From the IMG/VR virus record IMGVR_UViG_3300008111_000017: 64,000 nt of DNA; one strand, given 5' to 3'. Positions 36,133 through 45,424 of this stretch are shown here, one piece after another. The notes under the pieces are model-generated. The model did not search any database, was not told the origin of the DNA, and saw only the letters and a list, made by a program, of their open reading frames with translations. The position numbers and the translations under genes are program-made. The stretch is from an uncultured virus (IMG/VR IMGVR_UViG_3300008111_000017). Taxonomy: Duplodnaviria; Heunggongvirae; Uroviricota; Caudoviricetes. The first letter of the stretch is position 1. Every line of letters begins with the position of its first letter.

Positions 36133-38813
36133 TGCATCCGATTTTAGAACAACTAGGCATCAGTCAACGAGAAATCATGCTCCTGAATCCAGCAGAGCAA
36201 GAAGACTTACTGCGCCTTGTTGACGAATACGATAATAAGATTGAGATCGAAAAGTGCCGGACATCGTTTTGGGCATTTGCAAAACGACTGTGGCCTGTTG
36301 TCGAAGGCGCAGGTTTTGTTGAAGGGAAGCACCACCGTCGCTTAGCCGACATTCTTGACCAAGTAGCCGAAGGTAAGTTGAAGCGCGTCACGGTTTCACT
36401 CCCGCCACGCCACACGAAAAGCGCATTGGTGTCGAAACTTTTTCCTGCCTACTTCATAGGTAGAAACGCGAGTACCTTCATCATCCAAGCCTGTAACATT
36501 AAAGGTCTTGCCGATCAGTTCGGCGGCGCGGTACGCACGTTAGTTATGTCACCGGAGTATCAAGAGATATTTCCCGAGACAAAACTTGATCCGTCCTCGA
36601 CCGCTAAGGGCGACTGGGCTACTACAAAATCAGGCAAGTATTATGCGGTCGGCGTTGGCGGGACGGCCACTGGAAGGGGCGCGAATCTCGGAATCGTGGA
36701 TGACCCACACGACGAGCGTGAAGCCGTCATAGGTCTTGTGCGTCCCGAAATCTATGACGTTACCTACGAGTGGTACAAAGCTAGTATCCGGCAACGTCTG
36801 CAACCGGGCGGCGCGCTAATTATCGTCGCGTGTGTCGCGGAAGGGGAGCGAGTACTTCTGGCGGATGGAACGTGGCGCGCAATACAAGATGTAAAAGTCG
36901 GGGATTTTGTAGCGGGCGCTAAAGGTCTAACAACTTCTAAAGGGAAAGTTACGGCTGTGATAGACCAAGGCCCCGACGATCTTATAGAGGTAGTTTCTAG
37001 GTCTTCGTCATTGAAAGTAAATAAACGGCACCCCTTCTTAGTAGTAAAAGGCGGACTTAAGAAATCCCCGCGTAATCAAGAGGAAGTGCTTTCCGCCAAA
37101 GAGTGGACGCTGGAGTGGGTTCGTGCAGGCGATTTAAAACCCGGCGATACGGTAGTCACTGTTAAAAATCTTTCTGTCGGCAACGGGCACCGGCCCGCAA
37201 GGTATAAAAGCTCTAAGCAGTTTACTTTCCAGGACTATTGGCTATTCGGGTTTATGTTTGGAGATGGCTGGCTGGTCAATGCCGGTGCGCGAGGGATTAC
37301 GGGTTTTTGTATAGCTAAATCGGAGTATCCTAAACTCAACGAGTATTTCATAGAAGCCGCAACTTCTATGTTCGGCACGCCCCCTACAGAGAAACAACCC
37401 GAGGGTTATTACCGTTGGGACAATATGCTTGCAGGTAGGTGGCTTGCTAAAAAAGGTTTCTCGTCGGGCGCTAAAACTAAAAGAGTTCCAGAGTGGGTCT
37501 TTCGTTTAAGACCTGTAGACAAGCGAGCTTTTCTTCAAGGGTTTTTTGAGGCCGACGGCTACGCGCAAAAAGCGAAAGGCTCTCGTCCTCGGAAAGATAC
37601 TTGGGTAGTTGGTTTAGCCAACAAGGAGTTGCTGGATGATTTACGCCTTTTAGCCCGTACCTGCGGAGTTCGAACTTCTAAAATATACGAAAGTATGCAA
37701 GTAGCTAAACCTCCAAATACAAAAGAAGCCCGCGAGTTCACTTCTTATAAGGCGCGGTTCACCTTTTGCGAAAACAAACTTGAACTTAGGTCTAGGTACT
37801 CGGGGCAAAACGCCTACGGTGTTCGCGATAACGGTGTGCGCCTAGGGAATGGCGCGCAGCAATTTCGTTTTGAAGATATTGACGAAATTCGTTCCGCAGG
37901 ACGCGCGAAAGTGTACGACCTCACCGTAGATACGCAAGAAAACTTCATAGCTGAAGGCTTCGTGGTACATAACACACGTTGGTCAAAGCGCGATCTTATC
38001 GGACGTATCTTGGCCGACGACAAAGACGGTGAATGGACTGTCGTTGAGATGCCCGCTATCTTACCGAGCGGCAATCCACTGTGGCCCGAGTATTGGTCTC
38101 TCGAAGAACTCAACAAAGTTAAAGAGAACATCGGCATGATGCGCTGGAATGCGCAATACATGCAGCAGCCAACTTCAGTCGAACAAGCTATGGTCAAGCC
38201 TAGCGACTGGATACCGTGGACAGAACCGGGTGAAACCAAACCACCACCGCGCTGTAGCTTTATCGTGCAGTCATGGGATACGGCACACTCTGCAAAGAAA
38301 CACGCTAACCCTTCAGCCTGTACGACATGGGGTGTAACTGAAGTCGAGAACCGCCCTGCACTTGTCCTGCTCCACGCTTGGCAAGATCGTGTCGAGTTTC
38401 CAGAGCTTAAGCTACGCGCGAAAGAACTCTATAAAGAGTGGAAACCCGATTATGTGATTATTGAATCTCAAGCATCTGGTCGCCCGCTGATGGCAGAGAT
38501 GCGCGTTGCCGGTGTTCCAGTAGTTGAGTTTAAAGCACAGAGTGGCGTCGATAAGATCACGCGCGTAAACGCTGTCACTGATTTGTTTAAGGCAGGATTT
38601 ATCCGCTATGTTCCAAGTTCGGACACTAACCAAGTTATCAGCCAGCTTGCGGAATTTCCGGCAGGCAGTGCAGATGACTTGGTTGATAGCACAACAGCCG
38701 CGCTCGACCTATTGAAACGCCAGATCAACGATTACCGCCGCAAGGAAGCTACCGAAGACGACGATGAAGATACTGAATTAGTTAGGACGCGGCTCCGCCG
38801 TAAATTTTACTAA
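36132..38813 (+). CDS. terL: Terminase large subunit, intein-containing
   Basis: LPPRHTKS Walker A, GIVDDPH, TRW coupling motif, YMQQP, QSWDTA, DDLVDS nuclease motifs. Confidence 0.95.
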   Translation: MHPILEQLGISQREIMLLNPAEQEDLLRLVDEYDNKIEIEKCRTSFWAFAKRLWPVVEGAGFVEGKHHRRLADILDQVAEGKLKRVTVSLPPRHTKSALVSKLFPAYFIGRNASTFIIQACNIKGLADQFGGAVRTLVMSPEYQEIFPETKLDPSSTAKGDWATTKSGKYYAVGVGGTATGRGANLGIVDDPHDEREAVIGLVRPEIYDVTYEWYKASIRQRLQPGGALIIVACVAEGERVLLADGTWRAIQDVKVGDFVAGAKGLTTSKGKVTAVIDQGPDDLIEVVSRSSSLKVNKRHPFLVVKGGLKKSPRNQEEVLSAKEWTLEWVRAGDLKPGDTVVTVKNLSVGNGHRPARYKSSKQFTFQDYWLFGFMFGDGWLVNAGARGITGFCIAKSEYPKLNEYFIEAATSMFGTPPTEKQPEGYYRWDNMLAGRWLAKKGFSSGAKTKRVPEWVFRLRPVDKRAFLQGFFEADGYAQKAKGSRPRKDTWVVGLANKELLDDLRLLARTCGVRTSKIYESMQVAKPPNTKEAREFTSYKARFTFCENKLELRSRYSGQNAYGVRDNGVRLGNGAQQFRFEDIDEIRSAGRAKVYDLTVDTQENFIAEGFVVHNTRWSKRDLIGRILADDKDGEWTVVEMPAILPSGNPLWPEYWSLEELNKVKENIGMMRWNAQYMQQPTSVEQAMVKPSDWIPWTEPGETKPPPRCSFIVQSWDTAHSAKKHANPSACTTWGVTEVENRPALVLLHAWQDRVEFPELKLRAKELYKEWKPDYVIIESQASGRPLMAEMRVAGVPVVEFKAQSGVDKITRVNAVTDLFKAGFIRYVPSSDTNQVISQLAEFPAGSADDLVDSTTAALDLLKRQINDYRRKEATEDDDEDTELVRTRLRRKFY
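36831..37973 (+). mobile_element. Intein with LAGLIDADG homing endonuclease (381 aa)
   Basis: Starts CVAEGERV; HPF block B; FGFMFGDG and LQGFFEADG; ends VYDLTV...NFIAEGFVVHN followed by Thr. Confidence 0.93.
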
Positions 38814-38909
38814 CGGTTGCGTTTTACTAAAAGCTGTATATAAAGGTTGGGCGCGGGAGGTTTGCAGACCTCAACCGCGCCCATAGTCAACGCTGTAAGG
38901 AGCGCTAAC

Positions 38910-39416
38910 GTGTCTAAAACCCTAAAGCAGATTCGTATAGAAGGCAATACCGCCTTTGTTCCGTTGACCCGCGGACTCGAAGCACTGATTGATGCGCGGG
39001 ATGCCCATTTAGTAGCCGGCCATAATTGGCACGCCGTTCCCAGCGGTCATACTTTTTACGCGGGGCGCAATCAACGAATAGGAGATAAGGTGCATACGGT
39101 AAAGATGCACCGCGTATTGATGGACGCTCGCGGCAGTGCGGTGATAGACCACGTAAATCAAAACGGACTAGATAACAGACGGGTTAACCTGCGGGAAGCA
39201 ACCCTTGGGCAAAACCAGCATAATCGTAAAAAACAAAAAAGTAGTAGCCGCTATAAAGGAGTCATGCTGCGGAAAGATTCAGGGAAGTGGCAAGCCAGAA
39301 TCATGGTTGACGGGAAGCATATCCAACTCGGCTGCTATGCGTCAGAAGAAGATGCCCGCGCGGCTTATGAAGTTGCAAGTGAAATACTCCACGGAGATTT
39401 CGGTCGCACGGCTTGA
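38910..39416 (+). CDS. HNH endonuclease with AP2 domain
   Basis: MHR...IDHVNQNGLDNRRVNLR; SRYKGV...KWQARI...LGCY; AAGGAG RBS before GTG. Confidence 0.9.
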   Translation: MSKTLKQIRIEGNTAFVPLTRGLEALIDARDAHLVAGHNWHAVPSGHTFYAGRNQRIGDKVHTVKMHRVLMDARGSAVIDHVNQNGLDNRRVNLREATLGQNQHNRKKQKSSSRYKGVMLRKDSGKWQARIMVDGKHIQLGCYASEEDARAAYEVASEILHGDFGRTA

Positions 39417-39441
39417 CACGTTATAGCGACTAACTTATAAA
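39413..39441 (+). promoter_or_regulatory. Sigma70-type promoter for a putative ncRNA
   Basis: TTGACA-N17-TATAAA. Confidence 0.6.
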
Positions 39442-39447
39442 ACTCAG

Positions 39448-39593
39448 ATGCAAGTGCGGCTGGCGGAGCGACAGCCCTCAAGTAGGACAGCGGGTTTGTG
39501 CCAACAAAGTCCTAGCATCGCGCATGGCGCAGGCCGATAAGCTGCTTAGAGCCCCGAGTGCGTAGCCATCCGCATCGGGGCTCTTTGCTTTTT
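39448..39593 (+). ncRNA. Putative structured small RNA ending in a strong terminator
   Basis: No convincing ORF; GATGC/GCATC closing stem around two hairpins; terminator AGAGCCCCGA..TCGGGGCTCT plus T-run. Confidence 0.45.
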
Positions 39594-39862
39594 ACGGGGG
39601 CGTGCCTTATGGGGTCGGCGTAAGTATCTTTTAGATCAGCCTTAGCCGCAGCTTTGAACCTGCCACGTTCTTTACTTACCGAAGTTCCGTGCTATAAGAA
39701 ATCAACAACACCCCTCAAGCCTATGGTCGAAAGATTACGCTCAACGCAGAGGGGTTACTTATGCGCTTCAGCGACCGTCACTGGCCTAGAGCTACACGCC
39801 TGAAGACATTGGTAGAGCCGTGCGACAGCCTTAAGGCCCTCGCACGGCTCGAATCCAAAAAC

Positions 39863-39936
39863 GTCGGTCTGGTATAGTGGTTGTGCCTTGGTCTCCAAAA
39901 CCAAAGAGGTAGGTTCGATTCCTGCGGCCTTCGCCA
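39863..39936 (+). tRNA. tRNA-Trp (CCA) with two acceptor-stem mismatches
   Basis: Anticodon arm TTGGT-CTCCAAA-ACCAA, T-arm GTAGG-TTCGATT-CCTGC, encoded CCA end. Confidence 0.8.
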
Positions 39937-39998
39937 CTTTACTTCTATTCCGGTTGTGGTAGATTACGGCACGGATAGGAATCCTGGGCCGGACACCC

Positions 39999-40031
39999 AA
40001 AAGCTCTACTGGAAACAGTAGGGCTTTTTTC
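39999..40031 (+). terminator. Rho-independent terminator
   Basis: AAAAGCTCTACTG-GAAA-CAGTAGGGCTTTTTT. Confidence 0.8.
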
Positions 40032-40105
40032 GTGTTATGCTATGGGGGTTGACGGTAAAGGTCACACTGTGGCATAGAAGCCTCACATCGTAAGGAACCT
40101 CTGCT

Positions 40106-42643
40106 TTGGTCGAATCTATACGCTCGCTTATGCAAGACATGCCTGTCGAAGATTCGGCTGTTGAAGACCTGTCGATTGAGATTGGCGAAGACGAAGAACA
40201 GCCCGCGCTGACCTTCATCATGGACACCGAAGGCAATGTCGTTGCCGCTGAAGTCGAGATCGACGACAATCTTATTCCGTTCGAGCAACTTCCGCACACC
40301 TACAACTTTGCGCATCGCCTGAAGAAAGAGACCGCAGACAAGCTCGGTCAAGAACTGATCGAACTGGTAGAAGCTGACGACCAAGCGCGCGACGACTGGA
40401 CCAAGCTGCTTGAAGAAGGGATGAAACTCCTTAACCTCAAGCTCGAAGAAAAGAACGAACCTTGGCCAGGTGCGTCTGCTGTCAAGCACCCTCTGATCCT
40501 AGACGCCGCGGTTCGCTATCAATCCGATACGATCCGCGAGATCATGCCACCTTCAGGTCCAGCAGAAGTCAAAGTCTTTGGTAAGCAGAGCGCAGAACGC
40601 CTTGCTCACGCCACCCGTATCAAGAACGAACTGAATTACCAGACCTGTTACGTCATGAAGTCCTATAAAACAGGGCTTGAACAGACGCTTTTAGCCACTG
40701 CCTTTGGCGGTGCAGCCTATCGGAAGATCAGGCGTAACCCTGCACGCGGCGAGAATGAAGCAAAATTCGTACCCGCAACCGACATTATCCGCCAATATGG
40801 CGCAGCAACCCTCTATGAGTGCGACAGATACGCCCACCGGCAGACCTTAACCGAGACCCAGTGGAATTTTATCTCACATGCAGAGGATTGGATCAGTGAT
40901 CCAGACCCTCAAGGTATGCCAATTTCCAATTCGACCGACGATACGAACGAAGAAGCGCTTGGTCTCACCAAAAACTACCTCGATAAAGACATCACAGTCT
41001 ACGAAATCTACACATATTTGGATTGCGAAGACCTGTTTGGTGGTGAAGAACCAGAAGTTCCTGCGCCATTCATCGTCGTCGTCGATAAAGAGACCCAGAC
41101 AATCCGCTCAATCAAGCGAAACTGGCGTGAAGACGACGAGTTCAAGAAACCGCTAGAGCATTTCAGCGAATATAGCTACATCCCCTCACCGTGGGGTATG
41201 CCGCTCGGGCTCATTCACATTATCGGCGGGTTGACTGAAGCCGGAACTGCGCTTCTCCAGCAAATGATCGACGCAGGTACGCTCAATAACGTACCTTCTG
41301 GCTTCAAATCCCGCGGGTTGAAGATTTCACGCAACGATGACCCCATCCAACCGGGCGAGTTCCGTGATATTGAGACGATCGACGGGTCTAAAATTGGCGA
41401 TCATATCCAGTTTATGCCGTCAAAACCTGTCGATTCCACGTCTTTGCAATTGCTGCAAGGCTTGACAGAGATGGGGCAGAAACTCGCCTCTGCCGCCGAC
41501 ATTAAAGCCTCCGACGCTACAGGTTCCGCAACTGGCGCTATGATGGCAGTGCTTGAACGTGCGCTGTCTGTCATGAGCGCCGTGCAAGCTCGTGCTGCCG
41601 ACGCCGTTGCTACCGAACTCAACATCGTGGCACGCCTGATTGGCGAGCACGAGAGCGGTCCTTACGCTTACGAGACTGAAGGTGGACAGTTTGACAAGGG
41701 TGAAGACTTCCGCATCCCTGTCGGCATCGTCTGCGTCGCTGATCCGTCTGCCTCGACCCAAGCTATGCGTATCTTGCGCGACCAAGCTATCACAGCACAA
41801 GCCGCACAGAAGCCAGACCTCTACGATCAAGCAGAACTTCACCGTCGCGTGATGCGTAACCTCGGTGTTGAAGACGTAGACACGCTTATCCCGCGTGCCG
41901 GCGATACGCCCAAGCGCGATCCGATCAGCGAAAACCAAGCACTGCTTATGGGACAATCTGTTCAGGCATATATGGATCAAGATCACGCCGCGCACATTGC
42001 TGTCCACATGATGGCGATGGAGAACCCCGGTATCCAAGCGTTTGTCGGACAGTCCCAGAACGGTCCTGCAATCATTGCCGCGGCACAAGCCCACTTGGCG
42101 GAACACATCTCGTTCCAATACCGTCAGATGATGGCGGAGCAAATGGGTATGCAGCTTCCACCACCTGGCGAGCCACTGCCCGCTGACATCGAAAACCAGT
42201 TGGCGCAGATGGCTGCTCAAGTTAAACTGCCCCCACTTGGTCAAGCGGCGCAACAGCAAGAGCCACAGCCTGACCCGATTGTCGAGCTACAGAAGCAAGA
42301 GTTGGCGCTCAAGGAAGCTGATCTCCAGCTTAAGGCGGAAAAGCTCAAGCAGCAAAACCAAGCTGACCAGCTTCGTGCAGAGATCGCACTGCGCCAAGAC
42401 GAGACCCGCGGGGAAGCTGCACAGCTTTCTGCGCAAGTCGAGATGATGCGCATTCAATCGGAGAACGCAAATGCTGCCGCAGACAGACAGGTTCAGCTTG
42501 GAATTGAGGCTGAGAAAATTCTCCAGACCGACCGCGTTGAGGGAACAAAAGCGGGTATTCAAGCTGCAAAAGTTCAGCAGGCCGCTGAACAGCTTAAAGA
42601 ACGCACTGCTTCGGTCAAAGACATTAAAGGAGATTCTGAATGA
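40106..42643 (+). CDS. Portal protein (podoviral type with long C-terminal extension)
   Basis: EPWPGASAVKHPL, GLGLIHIIGG, QMIDAGTL; follows TerL; TTGACG promoter-like sequence at 40049. Confidence 0.9.
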   Translation: MVESIRSLMQDMPVEDSAVEDLSIEIGEDEEQPALTFIMDTEGNVVAAEVEIDDNLIPFEQLPHTYNFAHRLKKETADKLGQELIELVEADDQARDDWTKLLEEGMKLLNLKLEEKNEPWPGASAVKHPLILDAAVRYQSDTIREIMPPSGPAEVKVFGKQSAERLAHATRIKNELNYQTCYVMKSYKTGLEQTLLATAFGGAAYRKIRRNPARGENEAKFVPATDIIRQYGAATLYECDRYAHRQTLTETQWNFISHAEDWISDPDPQGMPISNSTDDTNEEALGLTKNYLDKDITVYEIYTYLDCEDLFGGEEPEVPAPFIVVVDKETQTIRSIKRNWREDDEFKKPLEHFSEYSYIPSPWGMPLGLIHIIGGLTEAGTALLQQMIDAGTLNNVPSGFKSRGLKISRNDDPIQPGEFRDIETIDGSKIGDHIQFMPSKPVDSTSLQLLQGLTEMGQKLASAADIKASDATGSATGAMMAVLERALSVMSAVQARAADAVATELNIVARLIGEHESGPYAYETEGGQFDKGEDFRIPVGIVCVADPSASTQAMRILRDQAITAQAAQKPDLYDQAELHRRVMRNLGVEDVDTLIPRAGDTPKRDPISENQALLMGQSVQAYMDQDHAAHIAVHMMAMENPGIQAFVGQSQNGPAIIAAAQAHLAEHISFQYRQMMAEQMGMQLPPPGEPLPADIENQLAQMAAQVKLPPLGQAAQQQEPQPDPIVELQKQELALKEADLQLKAEKLKQQNQADQLRAEIALRQDETRGEAAQLSAQVEMMRIQSENANAAADRQVQLGIEAEKILQTDRVEGTKAGIQAAKVQQAAEQLKERTASVKDIKGDSE

Positions 42644-42840
42644 GCCTAGCCACTGACAAGTTGCGTAAACATCTTGATGAACGCAAAGCCAGCATGGAAC
42701 AAGTTATATTGGCGGGTATCACAGACCTGAACAAGTATCACTACATGTGCGGCCAATACAAAGAACTTCTCTCGCTCGAACGAGAGTTGCACGAGATCAT
42801 CTCTGATCTCCAATTAGCAGAAGAAACAGAGGACGAATAA
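42640..42840 (+). CDS. Conserved small protein after the portal
   Basis: YHYMCGQ motif; AGGAG RBS. Confidence 0.7.
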   Translation: MSLATDKLRKHLDERKASMEQVILAGITDLNKYHYMCGQYKELLSLERELHEIISDLQLAEETEDE

Positions 42841-42842
42841 AC

Positions 42843-43247
42843 ATGCTGACTTCCGCAGCTAATACGCGGGACGTGCCAGACCTATTGTCAGTCACGCAAG
42901 ACCCGCGCATCCCTAAACCTGTCGGTCACAAACTCCTTGTGATGGTTCCGACCGCAGAAGAAAAAACAAATGGCGGTATCTATCTTCCTGATAAAGAGCG
43001 TGACCTAAGCCAAACGGCGTCACCCGTTGTCTATGTTGTCGCCATCGGCCCTTCTGCCTATCAAGATCATCGTCGCTTTCCAACAGGCCCTCTGTGTGAA
43101 CCCGGTCAATGGGTCATCGTGCAGTCGTTCTCGGGAAGCCGTATGAAGATCAAAGGCGACGACGGGAAAATCTACGAGTTCCGTCTTATCAATGACGACG
43201 CGGTACAAGCAACGGTCGAAGACCCCTCTGAAATCAGAAAGGCGTAA
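42843..43247 (+). CDS. groES: GroES-like co-chaperonin
   Basis: PVGHKLLV, EKTNGGIYLPD, VVAIGPSAY, RLINDD. Confidence 0.85.
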   Translation: MLTSAANTRDVPDLLSVTQDPRIPKPVGHKLLVMVPTAEEKTNGGIYLPDKERDLSQTASPVVYVVAIGPSAYQDHRRFPTGPLCEPGQWVIVQSFSGSRMKIKGDDGKIYEFRLINDDAVQATVEDPSEIRKA

Positions 43248-43255
43248 GTGCTCAC

Positions 43256-44233
43256 ATGGATGACATCGACGATTTTGAAAACGATACCCAAGAAGCGGAC
43301 TTCGAACTGGACGATATTCAGGTCGAAGTCGGTGAAAGTGCCTTTAGTCAAGGCGAAGCTGACGAAGGTAAACCGGTCGCGGAACCGGACACCACCGACG
43401 AAGACCCGACCGAAGACGAACTAGCCAGGTATGACATGAGTGTGCAGAAGCGCATCAAGTCTGCGCACGCTAAAGCCAATGCCGAACGTCGTGCCAAAGA
43501 GTTGGCGCAGCAAGAAGCTAAAGCCGCAATCGACTTTGCGAAGATGATGAAAGAGCGTTTGGCACAAGAACGTGAACAGCGTCTGCAATATACGCGGGCT
43601 GCGGTGTCTTCTGGTCGAGCCAGCCTTGAGCATGAAACCAAAATTCTCACGCAAGAGATTCGCGAAGCCAACGAAACCGGTGACTTCGACAAGCAGGTTT
43701 TGTTACAGACAAAATTAAATACTGTAGTGCAACAACTCAACGGTCTACCAAATGCGGAAACGCTTGACCGGGATATTGAGACTGCGCGCAATCAACCTTT
43801 GCCCGAGCTTGCGCCTGCACAGAGCATAGACCCAGAAGCTGACGCGCATACTCAAAAGTGGATCGCGCAGAATAAGTGGTTCAACGAAGATGCTAAGCTC
43901 CGTCAAACTGCTATTGACGCTGAGGAATTGCTTGTCACCCAATACGGCATGGCCCGTGGCGGTAAAGACACCCTTGATCGTATCACGGCTATGATGCGAG
44001 CTGCATTCCCTGATAAAGTAGGAGCCGCACCTATGACAGCCAGTCCTCCACCACCCCCTGCCGCACCTCCGCCACCTAAGGCACCTGCGAAGTCAGCTTC
44101 GACTATGCCTGTCATGCGGACTGCGCCAAACGGTAAGAAAGTTATTCGTTTGACGCCGGCACAAATCAACTTGGCGCATGAGCTAGGCATTACGCCTGAA
44201 GCCTATGCAGCCGAATACGCAAAATCTCTTTAA
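43256..44233 (+). CDS. Capsid scaffolding protein
   Basis: Acidic N-terminus, coiled coil, W..NKWF, C-terminal LTPAQ..LA..LGITPEAYA. Confidence 0.75.
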   Translation: MDDIDDFENDTQEADFELDDIQVEVGESAFSQGEADEGKPVAEPDTTDEDPTEDELARYDMSVQKRIKSAHAKANAERRAKELAQQEAKAAIDFAKMMKERLAQEREQRLQYTRAAVSSGRASLEHETKILTQEIREANETGDFDKQVLLQTKLNTVVQQLNGLPNAETLDRDIETARNQPLPELAPAQSIDPEADAHTQKWIAQNKWFNEDAKLRQTAIDAEELLVTQYGMARGGKDTLDRITAMMRAAFPDKVGAAPMTASPPPPPAAPPPPKAPAKSASTMPVMRTAPNGKKVIRLTPAQINLAHELGITPEAYAAEYAKSL

Positions 44234-44247
44234 TAAGGAAAGTCCAC

Positions 44248-44799
44248 ATGACCCGCAAAAAGAGCCTAGCTGAACTTTTGGCAGAAGAAAATGAAACATT
44301 GGCACTTGACAATGTTGGCGAAGTAGAAGATGACGACGATAGTTATCTTCTATCCCGCGATGCCACTACCCGCGATGCCGAAGAAGAATACATTTACACC
44401 CCTCAGGCGCATCTCCCTGAGATCAAGGTTGAGGACGGTTACGTCGCTCGCTGGGTAAGGTCTTCCATCTTTGGGACACAGGATGCTGCTAACGTATCAT
44501 CTATGCTTCGTGAAGGTTGGGAACCGCTTGACGCTTCCGACAGTCAGTACCGTGATCTAGCCCGCCAATGTGGGTTGCATGGACGGAACGACAGCACTTC
44601 AAATCTCATCGAACTAGGCGGTCTTATCGCCTGTAAGATGCCGAGAGCAAGAGCAGAAGCCCGAGCACGTTATTACGACCAGCAAGCCCGAGACAAGATT
44701 CGCGCCGAAGACGCACGTATGCGGGGTGAAAGCAACTCGAAGATGCCGTTGGCAGTCGAGGAGCGCAAGTTTCGAACTTCAACTTCTATGGATGGGTGA
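44248..44799 (+). CDS. Conserved head-module protein
   Basis: RWVR...LREGWEP...GGLIACKMP. Confidence 0.75.
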   Translation: MTRKKSLAELLAEENETLALDNVGEVEDDDDSYLLSRDATTRDAEEEYIYTPQAHLPEIKVEDGYVARWVRSSIFGTQDAANVSSMLREGWEPLDASDSQYRDLARQCGLHGRNDSTSNLIELGGLIACKMPRARAEARARYYDQQARDKIRAEDARMRGESNSKMPLAVEERKFRTSTSMDG

Positions 44800-44829
44800 T
44801 AGGCACCCATCTTTTGATGGAGCACTATC

Positions 44830-45411
44830 ATGGCTTTGACCGCCGCACCATACGGGCTCATCCCCGTCAAACAGGCCAACGATGCCCCAAGCGCTGGCGT
44901 ACAGCGTGAGTTCCCAATTGCATCCGGCGCTGCCGGTATGTTCAAGGGTACTCCCGTTCGCGTCAACGCTGGCAACTTGGTTCCAGTATCCAGCGCCACT
45001 TTCGGTTCTTCGAAAGCTGACTTGTATGTCGGCGTGTTCCAAGGTTGTTCCTACGTGGACGCCTCGGGCAACCGTCAATATGCAGACTCTTGGCCAAACG
45101 GCTTGGCAGTAACCGGCGCAGTTGGTTATGTGGCCCACGACCCTGAAACTTTGTTCCGGGTTCAGGCTTCGACCGCCAGCTTCAACGCGGTTGCCGCTGT
45201 CGGCACCAGCTACGGCTTGCTGAACTTCGGTTCAGGTAACACTGCAACTGGTCGTTCAACTGCTGCTCTCGACATTGCTTCGGGTGCCGCAACGACCAAC
45301 CCGCTTAAGGTTGTTGATATTGCTACCTTGCCCGACAACACCAACGCATCCGGTTTTGTGGACGTTCTCGTTCGCATCAACCAAGGTTGCCACATCTTTG
45401 AACGCGCATAG
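44830..45411 (+). CDS. Capsid decoration/cement protein
   Basis: APYGLIPV, GVFQGCSY, DPETLFRVQ; directly precedes the major capsid gene. Confidence 0.75.
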   Translation: MALTAAPYGLIPVKQANDAPSAGVQREFPIASGAAGMFKGTPVRVNAGNLVPVSSATFGSSKADLYVGVFQGCSYVDASGNRQYADSWPNGLAVTGAVGYVAHDPETLFRVQASTASFNAVAAVGTSYGLLNFGSGNTATGRSTAALDIASGAATTNPLKVVDIATLPDNTNASGFVDVLVRINQGCHIFERA

Positions 45412-45424
45412 GGAGTATTGATCA

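Noticed and set aside
39755..40000. 81-aa minus-strand ORF
   Set aside because: Antisense translation of the tRNA and hairpins
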